From a virus (lineage: Duplodnaviria; Heunggongvirae; Uroviricota; Caudoviricetes), in the IMG/VR virus record IMGVR_UViG_2706794689_000010: a DNA stretch of 24,547 bases; one strand, written 5' to 3'. The notes beneath the pieces were generated by a model. That model ran no database searches and had not been told where the DNA came from. It saw only the letters and a program-made list of their open reading frames with translations. This document shows positions 17,830-24,547 of the stretch, piece by piece. The translations under genes were made by a program, and so were the position numbers. Position 1 is the stretch's first letter. The number at the start of each line of letters is the position of its first letter.

Positions 17830-18149
17830 GGTCAATACAAAGGATGCTTCGTCTTTATTATAGTAATCTGAGGCGTCGGGTGTCTTGTATCAGACAACAT
17901 ATTGTCCCGCTAAACAGCGAATTACAAACCACCCTGCAATGATCTCTCATCTCATTTTATATGAGTTGACGACATCAGGATAACGCATCATCAGCCCCTG
18001 CCAAGAAATATCAAAACTCCCGCCAGCAATGTGTTATCACAATATTGTAAAAAAAACACAGCACCGAAACTATAACTGGTCTCTGTTATAATTTGGAGCA
18101 GAAAGACCAGTTGCCCAACTAGCAGCATTCTCCCCTGCTTTCCTGACGT

Positions 18150-18177
18150 AAAAAAACCGCATTAAGCGGTTTTTTTA
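18150..18177. terminator. bidirectional rho-independent terminator (tR'-like) about 80 nt downstream of the Q-like gene
   Basis: aaaaaa-accgc-attaa-gcggt-tttttt: perfect hairpin flanked by an A-run and a T-run. Confidence 0.6.
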
Positions 18178-18231
18178 CGATGTCCATGTCTGCAATCCGC
18201 CTCGCGATACAGCTTTGCGAAGCATAGCAAA

Positions 18232-18260
18232 ATTGAAGCAGTTTATACGTAAGAAATCAA
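18232..18260 (-). promoter_or_regulatory. candidate late promoter PR' (Q-dependent), overlapping the Q stop codon
   Basis: Minus strand TTGATT, 17 bp, TTCAAT; a transcript from here would reach the tR'-like hairpin after about 55-70 nt, like the lambda PR'-6S-tR' arrangement. Confidence 0.3.
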
Positions 18261-18799
18261 GCCATTTTCTCAGCAAATGATTCACGCATGGGAATATATA
18301 GGGCATACTCAGCAACAGCTAACCAATTAGCAATCCGTTTTTCGCATGTGCTAAAACACCACTCTGGGTGTGCATCATTTAGCAATTCAGCCATTTTGCG
18401 CTTAGTCATCCCCCGCCCTTCATAGCGTTGCCGGAGAATGCAAATCAATCCTGGATGCTCTGCCAGCACCTCACTTATGACTCGATCAATACATAACGCC
18501 TCTGCATCAGTACAATGCGCCAGCCAGCTCTTTTGCTTGCCGTTGATCATCTCTCGCAAAAACGCTTCCAGCTCAGCTTTCTCTATTCCCGCTTTTTTCA
18601 TTCTGCGCAGGGCTTCATTAATGGCTGTTTTCGTCAGTTTTTTGGATGCCAACAACTGATTGAACATATTCCCTGACCTGCCACCGCCAATATACGACCA
18701 GCGCCCCCACATACGTAGTTTTCCCTGAATCCAGACACTTTCCAGCGTGGTGAGGCGAAGGTGTTCTCCGCTTTTTCCTGTATTCGTTGGGTAAATCAT
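18257..18799 (-). CDS. putative antiterminator Q-like protein
   Basis: 180 aa, MIYPTNTGKSGEHLRLTTLESVWIQGKLRMWGRWSYIGGG...; located between a ybcO-like nin gene and a promoter/terminator pair just upstream of the lysis cassette. Family assignment is by position and a weak WGxW-type resemblance only. Confidence 0.45.
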   Translation of the reverse strand: MIYPTNTGKSGEHLRLTTLESVWIQGKLRMWGRWSYIGGGRSGNMFNQLLASKKLTKTAINEALRRMKKAGIEKAELEAFLREMINGKQKSWLAHCTDAEALCIDRVISEVLAEHPGLICILRQRYEGRGMTKRKMAELLNDAHPEWCFSTCEKRIANWLAVAEYALYIPMRESFAEKMA

Positions 18800-18968
18800 A
18801 AATGACCTTTCTTTCTCCAGATTTCTTGTGTGCGAAAAACCCCTTCAGCATGCATCAGGCGCAATTCTTCTTTGGTGTAATCGCTGGTTTTTACCCGCCC
18901 GTCGATTAGATCGTGGCATGAGCTACAGGCTATCGCCGCCTGCATATCATGTGGTTTTGTCGCTGTTC
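18796..18968 (-). CDS. YbcO-like (DUF1364) nin-region protein, C-terminal part (start in N block)
   Basis: ...RLAGTCGTATKPHDMQAAIACSSCHDLIDGRVKTSDYTKEELRLMHAEGVFRTQEIWRKKGHL matches the remembered DLP12 YbcO C-terminus (CGTGTKPPDLIATIACSACHDEIDRR...EGMARTQVIWLKEG); stop overlaps the Q-like start. Confidence 0.55.
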
Positions 18969-19770
18969 CGCACGTCCCCGCCAGCCTGNNNNNNNNNNNN
19001 NNNNNNNNNNNNNNNNNNNNNNNNNNNNNNNNNNNNNNNNNNNNNNNNNNNNNNNNNNNNNNNNNNNNNNNNNNNNNNNNNNNNNNNNNNNNNNNNNNNN
19101 NNNNNNNNNNNNNNNNNNNNNNNNNNNNNNNNNNNNNNNNNNNNNNNNNNNNNNNNNNNNNNNNNNNNNNNNNNNNNNNNNNNNNNNNNNNNNNNNNNNN
19201 NNNNNNNNNNNNNNNNNNNNNNNNNNNNNNNNNNNNNNNNNNNNNNNNNNNNNNNNNNNNNNNNNNNNNNNNNNNNNNNNNAACGAAACCAGACAGCAGT
19301 TCTCGTTCGCGAGGCGTGNNNNNNNNNNNNNNNNNNNNNNNNNNNNNNNNNNNNNNNNNNNNNNNNNNNNNNNNNNNNNNNNNNNNNNNNNNNNNNNNNN
19401 NNNNNNNNNNNNNNNNNNNNNNNNNNNNNNNNNNNNNNNNNNNNNNNNNNNNNNNNNNNNNNNNNNNNNNNNNNNNNNNNNNNNNNNNNNNNNNNNNNNN
19501 NNNNNNNNNNNNNNNNNNNNNNNNNNNNNNNNNNNNNNNNNNNNNNNNNNNNNNNNNNNNNNNNNNNNNNNGTAAAGCCCCACATAGCATGAACAAACAC
19601 TACATATCAAATAGCTGGTACAAGGATAGAAATACGACACTTATTATTAAAAACGATTAGATAAATTACATTTTAATGTTATGCAAAAGTTCTTTTTTAT
19701 CATAACATTTCAATAAAAGCATTACAGATGCAATCATCCCGTCATCATCAATTATTTAAGGTGGTTAAAC

Positions 19771-19857
19771 ATGGAAAATAACAAGTTCGCACATCTCGCT
19801 CCTTTTTTATCCGTAATCCTTTTCGCTTGTTGTTTTATATGGGCATTATTTTTATAA
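19771..19857 (+). CDS. candidate small hydrophobic peptide (28 aa)
   Basis: AAGGTGG RBS 6 nt upstream of ATG; MENNKFAHLAPFLSVILFACCFIWALFL; in an A/T-rich intergenic island on the plus strand. Confidence 0.3.
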   Translation: MENNKFAHLAPFLSVILFACCFIWALFL

Positions 19858-20258
19858 AGTAGCCACATGATAAGTTGCTGGAATCATATTTCCCACTCAA
19901 GTCATTAACATTTGATAAGATATATCTAAAAGGACGCCTTTACATTATTTATGCGTNNNNNNNNNNNNNNNNNNNNNNNNNNNNNNNNNNNNNNNNNNNN
20001 NNNNNNNNNNNNNNNNNNNNNNNNNNNNNNNNNNNNNNNNNNNNNNNNNNNNNNNNNNNNNNNNNNNNNNNNNNNNNNNNNNNNNNNNNNNNNNNNNNNN
20101 NNNNNNNNNNNNNNNNNNNNNNNNNNNNNNNNNNNNNNNNNNNNNNNNNNNNNNNNNNNNNNNNNNNNNNNNNNNNNNNNNNNNNNNNNNNNNNNNNNNN
20201 NNNNNNNNNNNCTATCTTCTCCTCTAATCAACATATCAATTATGTGTTTCATAACAGC

Positions 20259-20300
20259 TTGACATAACCCTCCAAAAGATGCATTTTTAATGCATGTTTT
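20259..20300 (+). promoter_or_regulatory. promoter (-35 TTGACA at 20259-20264) with overlapping NsrR-type inverted-repeat operator
   Basis: AAGATGCATTT-T-TAATGCATGTT (20276-20298), core ATGCATT-ttt-AATGCAT, resembles the remembered NsrR consensus; ends 15 nt upstream of the yeaR-like start codon. Confidence 0.45.
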
Positions 20301-20313
20301 GGAGGAGGTGGTT

Positions 20314-20652
20314 ATGACACACAAGAGAATTCCTAAAGATTGGGTAATCAAACGCTCAACTCCGTTCTTCACAAAAGAGAACGTACCTTCAGCGTTATTA
20401 ACACATCATAATACAGCAGCAGGTGTTTTTGGGCAGTTGTGCGTAATGGAAGGCACTGTAACATATTATGGTTTTACTGATGAGAATGCTACTGAACCGG
20501 AGATAAAAGTAGTCATTAATGCTGGCGCTTTTGCAACAAGCCCACCACAATACTGGCACCGTGTTGAACTAAGCGATGATGCTCAGTTTAATATTAACTT
20601 TTGGGTCGCTCCAGACTTTTCGGGCGAAAAAGTCTATAGCACCAAAAAATAG
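20314..20652 (+). CDS. YeaR-like protein (DUF1971, TehB C-terminal-domain family)
   Basis: GGAGGAGG RBS 5 nt upstream; MTHKRIPKDWVIKRSTPFFTKENVPSALLTHHNTAAGVFGQLCVMEGTVTYYGFTDENATEPEIKVVINAGAFATSPPQYWHRVELSDDAQFNINFWVAPDF parallels remembered E. coli YeaR; only substantial plus-strand gene in the window. Confidence 0.6.
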   Translation: MTHKRIPKDWVIKRSTPFFTKENVPSALLTHHNTAAGVFGQLCVMEGTVTYYGFTDENATEPEIKVVINAGAFATSPPQYWHRVELSDDAQFNINFWVAPDFSGEKVYSTKK

Positions 20653-20681
20653 ATGATCATATTAAAAATGCTTTAACAGTC

Positions 20682-20718
20682 AGACCCGGCAGGGCTATCC
20701 CCGACGGGTCTCATTTTT
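20682..20718 (+). terminator. rho-independent terminator after yeaR-like gene
   Basis: agacccg...cgggtct hairpin followed by cattttt. Confidence 0.5.
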
Positions 20719-20870
20719 GTAAATATATTGGTTCTACATTGACAGGAGACTTCAACCATAAGAAGTAATCTGAATACTTGAGCAATAAATTTACTTAAGA
20801 TTAATGAGCGCACCTTGCCGGACAAAGATAAACCAAGGTAACACCTTTTTTCTAGCCAGTATGTAATCAA

Positions 20871-21089
20871 TCAGAAAGCCGCTCCATAAGAACAACAGCA
20901 AGACAATAAATTGCCATTACAGCCGCAATAGCCAGCGCACATTTGAGAACCAGCACGACAACCCCCTGTATTAGACGCACACCAGTCCTGATAAATATGA
21001 GGCTGTCTCGTCAGTGATTCAATACAACTATTGGGTATAGTTTCTGTGATTTTATTCTGTAGAAATGGAACACAACAACCAGTCACCAC
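20871..21089 (-). CDS. candidate Cys/Gly-rich small protein (about 72 aa)
   Basis: AAGGAA then GTG 6 nt downstream; ...VVTGCCVPFLQNKITETIPNSCIESLTRQPHIYQDWCASNTGGCRAGSQMCAGYCGCNGNLLSCCCSYGAAF (about 12 Cys); could equally be a chance ORF. Confidence 0.2.
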   Translation of the reverse strand: MVTGCCVPFLQNKITETIPNSCIESLTRQPHIYQDWCASNTGGCRAGSQMCAGYCGCNGNLLSCCCSYGAAF

Positions 21090-21272
21090 CAGCACTTCCT
21101 TAAATGCTCTAAGTCAGAAACAAGCCAACATTTTAGTCCGCTTTGAGCGATCTGCAGACATTGCTAGCAGCCTTCTGTGTGAATTCTCAGGGAGCAGGTC
21201 GGCATAGCATCACGTTGAGGCTCTTACCCTACTTGTTCACACCAACCCTAACTCCACAGACTGATTCATAAA

Positions 21273-22274
21273 TTAGTAATCTGCGTGTTTCGCACTTTTC
21301 AGAAATGCTTTCATATTTTCATTAGGTCGCTCAATTTCGAAGTTACTTCCATATAACTCTTGTAATTTTGGCCATAACTTACTTAATAACCCTCTCCTGC
21401 GATAAAATGGATGTATCCAAACGGTAGATAGGTACGGAGAATTTGCATTTGAATTGTTTATTGTGACCAGCCCAACTAAACATTGTCGATAACCACTATT
21501 ATCCATTGATTGTATTTCTTCGACGAATGGATACGCGATTACATCAGTCCAACCATGATCGGTTGTATCCCATTGCATTCCGTCATGACATTCCTTCGAC
21601 TGATAGCGGCGTAAAGCTACACACGCGAGCTTTTGCCAATCTGGAGAATTAATTGTGATCTCTTCATCGTATGACGCGCCTATTGGAGCGGGTATTGGTC
21701 TGATTAATCCAGCATGGCATTCATCATAGAACTTCATGTTTCCCTCAGAAACGTTGTGTACGTTGGGTTGCTCCATGTGTGCGCCATTCAAAAATAGCTC
21801 TGATAGTAGTGTATCTACACTGTAATCTTTATTGATTATTGTCGGCTTAGAGTTTTTCTTATTAAGGCCGCGAGTAACGATTTTTTGATCAATGTTAACA
21901 ACATGGAATAATCCGTCGGGGAGGCTAGCGAACCACGATGGGGCATCGGACCAGAATAGCATGCCTTTTGTACTTCTTAAGAGTTTAATTAAGTTAATAC
22001 AAGCTTCTTCACTAGTCTTGCCGTTGATGCGAAGTATGTTAGGACTAAAGTAATATTCATCCATATCAGGGAATGCAGCTTCGCAAAACTCCTGTACATA
22101 ATTTAGCACCTGGATTCTACAGAGATCATCATAGCTGGTAATAACTAAGGGGGTATCTTCATTACTATTATGATTATCAATAATGCAATCTATAGCGAGA
22201 CTTACTGCTTTGCGTATCACTTCAGTTGAATCTAACGACTCTAAAAATTTTGTCTTTCGTGTGCGAATATCCAT
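21273..22274 (-). CDS. two-domain protein: unknown N-terminal domain plus C-terminal GNAT-fold acetyltransferase-like domain
   Basis: 333 aa; C-terminal CLVGLVTINNSNANSPYLSTVWIHPFYRRRGLLSKLWPKLQELYGSNFEIERPNENMKAFLKS has the GNAT motif-A pattern (beta strand, then R/Q-x-x-G-x-G/A-type loop RRRGLLSKL); A/T-rich; starts 15 nt after the upstream gene stop. Confidence 0.55.
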   Translation of the reverse strand: MDIRTRKTKFLESLDSTEVIRKAVSLAIDCIIDNHNSNEDTPLVITSYDDLCRIQVLNYVQEFCEAAFPDMDEYYFSPNILRINGKTSEEACINLIKLLRSTKGMLFWSDAPSWFASLPDGLFHVVNIDQKIVTRGLNKKNSKPTIINKDYSVDTLLSELFLNGAHMEQPNVHNVSEGNMKFYDECHAGLIRPIPAPIGASYDEEITINSPDWQKLACVALRRYQSKECHDGMQWDTTDHGWTDVIAYPFVEEIQSMDNSGYRQCLVGLVTINNSNANSPYLSTVWIHPFYRRRGLLSKLWPKLQELYGSNFEIERPNENMKAFLKSAKHADY

Positions 22275-22289
22275 GTATGACCTGCGCTA

Positions 22290-23123
22290 TTAAAATTCAT
22301 GAATGAACGGTTTGTCATCTGGTTGCAAAATGGTGGTTTTATTCGTTGCTACATTTAAACTGTTGTAGAGCATAATTGCCAGGTTCGATGCATTTTCAAT
22401 CAGCGTTTCAAGATCCTGGTCTGTAATCACTACGAGGTTCCCTTCTTTATCCTTTCCACCACGATGCACTAAGTGATTTCGATTGAGGGTTGCCAATTCA
22501 ATAGCTTCTATCGGACAGTCTTTTTGTACTTTTATATCGAATGTAGCTTCATAGCGGTCGATTACCTTTTTAGTGCTATGCCAGCTTGCACTGATCAAGT
22601 GTTCCTTGATTGACCTGATTAGCTCTCCCCTAATTTTCTCGATGGGTTCACCCTTGAAAGGCAACGCAGCAATATCTTTGCTTACTTTAAATTCAGTCTT
22701 ACCTTTTTCTATACAATTGGCTATGTAGACATCATCTTTCTCTATAGAATTAATGAATAGCTCAACATAAAGCGTTTCCAAAGCTGTAATAACATTCGTG
22801 TAGAGCAAACTAAGCAAGTGGTTTTTTTGCTGTTGTTCAGTTTTATCTTTTGCAAGTTTTTTTATTTTATCGATATTATCAATGAATTTTAAATACGGAT
22901 TACCGGAAGACGTTACAGCGTCGTAGATATCATCATCGTACCAATCATCTATATTATTTGAGTTTCCAGACCAGTCAAAACATTGTGTTTGTAATTCATC
23001 TACTAATTCCTCAATATACTCAGATTTAACATATTGACCGAAGATGGATTGTAGTTCTTCGCTCGCATCATACGGCCCGCCATATATGTAAGCATAGCCA
23101 CCTTCTCTACTTTCATACGGACA
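22290..23123 (-). CDS. HEPN-like (Rx4H motif) protein, N-terminus hidden in N block 23124-23381
   Basis: Open frame from the mask edge to the stop at 22290; contains ELATLNRNHLVHRGGKDKEG (R-x4-H, HEPN-type RNase signature) within a predicted helical C-terminal region; strongly A/T-rich; same-frame stop at 23382-23384 places the start inside the mask. Confidence 0.5.
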   Translation of the reverse strand, partial: CPYESREGGYAYIYGGPYDASEELQSIFGQYVKSEYIEELVDELQTQCFDWSGNSNNIDDWYDDDIYDAVTSSGNPYLKFIDNIDKIKKLAKDKTEQQQKNHLLSLLYTNVITALETLYVELFINSIEKDDVYIANCIEKGKTEFKVSKDIAALPFKGEPIEKIRGELIRSIKEHLISASWHSTKKVIDRYEATFDIKVQKDCPIEAIELATLNRNHLVHRGGKDKEGNLVVITDQDLETLIENASNLAIMLYNSLNVATNKTTILQPDDKPFIHEF

Positions 23124-23475
23124 NNNNNNNNNNNNNNNNNNNNNNNNNNNNNNNNNNNNNNNNNNNNNNNNNNNNNNNNNNNNNNNNNNNNNNNNNNNNN
23201 NNNNNNNNNNNNNNNNNNNNNNNNNNNNNNNNNNNNNNNNNNNNNNNNNNNNNNNNNNNNNNNNNNNNNNNNNNNNNNNNNNNNNNNNNNNNNNNNNNNN
23301 NNNNNNNNNNNNNNNNNNNNNNNNNNNNNNNNNNNNNNNNNNNNNNNNNNNNNNNNNNNNNNNNNNNNNNNNNNNNNNNNNCTATTGGCACAAAGCGGAC
23401 AACCACGCTAGCTCTCCCCTGTGCCAGAAAAATGTCAATTTACATATGAACTAATGCTCTTTGATCTAGTAACGT

Positions 23476-24444
23476 CTATAAATACCGAAGATTTCCTTGA
23501 TAAAATGCCAGTACACGTTTCATAACTTCACTCTTCCGGCACTCGCGACAGATTATGTTCTGACGCCTGTCATAGCGGCGTATTTCTCCGTCTGGTAATG
23601 ACCAGATNNNNNNNNNNNNNNNNNNNNNNNNNNNNNNNNNNNNNNNNNNNNNNNNNNNNNNNNNNNNNNNNNNNNNNNNNNNNNNNNNNNNNNNNNNNNN
23701 NNNNNNNNNNNNNNNNNNNNNNNNNNNNNNNNNNNNNNNNNNNNNNNNNNNNNNNNNNNNNNNNNNNNNNNNNNNNNNNNNNNNNNNNNNNNNNNNNNNN
23801 NNNNNNNNNNNNNNNNNNNNNNNNNNNNNNNNNNNNNNNNNNNNNNNNNNNNNNNNNNNNNNNNNNNNNNNNNNNNNNNNCGACTGCACAATGTCCGCCA
23901 CAGTTTCTGTTTTAATATCTTCCTGTGTTGCCGCTTCCTGTACTGGTAACGCAACACCGGCTGGCTGAGGAAAGGCTTTACCATCAGTTTCCGCTACCGA
24001 TGCAGCTTTCGGCTCTGCTGGTAAATTATCGCCCGGCATGCAGTAACGAAATTTACTGTTCTGGTTTACGCGAATCAGGCGTCCTTTGCTGATTGCCATT
24101 GCCAGCGTTGAAGCAACTTTGCGGGATGTTGTACCGAACAGCGTAGCCAGTTCATCCGCCGTTTGTGGTCCGCGTTGTTCAATCGTCGCGGTTAAATCGC
24201 ACTCTGAGATTTTCACTACAGTTGCCGTGGTGGTTTCTTCCGGCAGTTCTGCCTGCATTGGCTGTTCCTGCTGAACGTTGTTATCAGCCACACGCCAGGT
24301 GTACGCGCTTTTATCAACGAAACCAGCTTTTTTCAGTTCCCATAGTTCGTTCAGCACTTCTTCACGACTGATATCAAGTCGCGCAGCAAGTTCTATGGAT
24401 GTGGCTTTTCCCATTGCTTTCAGTGCGTCAAAAACAGTCTCCAT
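23476..24444 (-). CDS. early-region protein with two winged-helix-like segments (middle hidden in N block 23608-23880)
   Basis: Start at ATG 24444 (GGAGGAAA, 7-nt spacer): [52 protein letters not shown]...; second wHTH-like stretch [31 protein letters not shown]; the track's N-terminal extension overlaps the upstream gene and has no RBS. Confidence 0.5.
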   Translation of the reverse strand: METVFDALKAMGKATSIELAARLDISREEVLNELWELKKAGFVDKSAYTWRVADNNVQQEQPMQAELPEETTTATVVKISECDLTATIEQRGPQTADELATLFGTTSRKVASTLAMAISKGRLIRVNQNSKFRYCMPGDNLPAEPKAASVAETDGKAFPQPAGVALPVQEAATQEDIKTETVADIVQSXXXXXXXXXXXXXXXXXXXXXXXXXXXXXXXXXXXXXXXXXXXXXXXXXXXXXXXXXXXXXXXXXXXXXXXXXXXXXXXXXXXXXXXXXXXIWSLPDGEIRRYDRRQNIICRECRKSEVMKRVLAFYQGNLRYL

Positions 24445-24467
24445 AAAAATTTCCTCCCGGTAAAAAT

Positions 24468-24547
24468 TACTTCTCAATTCCTGGCTGGACGACATTCGGA
24501 CGCCAGCTCTCCCAGTTAAAATTCACCCATCGCCCGCCGTTCATGGT
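24468..24547 (-). CDS. 3' end of an upstream early gene (partial)
   Basis: Minus-strand frame open from the window edge, ...[26 protein letters not shown] stop; ends 23 nt before the next start. Confidence 0.35.

Noticed and set aside
17623-17863. Overlapping 70-aa (minus) and 78-aa (plus) ORFs in the Q-S intergenic region
   Set aside because: No RBS, extreme A/T composition, and they overlap a predicted terminator and each other; most likely chance ORFs.
18796-19660. Overlapping ORFs of 200-270 codons on both strands spanning the N blocks 18989-19281 and 19319-19571
   Set aside because: Artefacts of masking; only the visible YbcO-like C-terminus (18796-18968) is supported.
20673-20870. 65-aa minus-strand ORF overlapping the yeaR-like terminator
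   Set aside because: No RBS and it overlaps the terminator hairpin; probably spurious.
1545-23880. The twelve N runs as assembly gaps or scaffold joins
   Set aside because: Flanking reading frames stay consistent across most blocks (for example TerS/TerL, the ybcO-like gene, trkG), so they look like length-preserving masks and were treated as hidden sequence, not structural features.
24445-24495. N-terminal extension ([17 protein letters not shown]) of the 339-aa ORF
   Set aside because: It overlaps the 3' end of the upstream gene and has no RBS; the internal ATG at 24444 has GGAGGAAA at optimal spacing.
1-24547. CRISPR arrays, rRNA genes, integrase, attachment sites, IS elements
   Set aside because: No regularly spaced direct repeats, no rRNA-like sequence and no recombinase or transposase ORF is visible; the window appears to be internal to the prophage.

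Overview
This window is a segment of a lambdoid (Rac-like) siphovirus prophage of an Escherichia/Shigella-type host, with almost every gene on the minus strand. Read in the direction of transcription (high to low coordinate) it runs: early-region winged-helix protein, an A/T-rich two-gene accessory cassette (HEPN-like protein plus GNAT-fold protein), a plus-strand yeaR-like gene with a predicted NsrR operator, a ybcO-like nin-region protein, a Q-like antiterminator with a PR'-like promoter and tR' terminator, two tandem TolA-domain-III-like proteins (the first a lipoprotein), a lysis cassette (S21-type pinholin, SAR endolysin, lambda-like Rz/Rz1), a trkG-like K+ transporter, ParB-like and unknown genes, then the packaging and head module (HTH protein, TerS, TerL, portal, Mu-F-like, scaffold, major capsid) and the neck/tail module (connectors, tail terminator, tail tube, G and G-T chaperones with a -1 frameshift site, start of the tape measure). 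Twelve blocks of about 250 N hide parts of several genes, so many ORFs in the supplied track that cross N runs are artefacts and several gene starts or ends cannot be placed. No rRNA, tRNA, CRISPR array, integrase or IS element was found. All family assignments rest on reading the translations and on remembered family signatures; no database search was possible. The most interesting candidates for an undescribed system are the HEPN-like/GNAT cassette (21273-23123) and the TolA-domain pair sitting in the stx-equivalent position (16312-17212).
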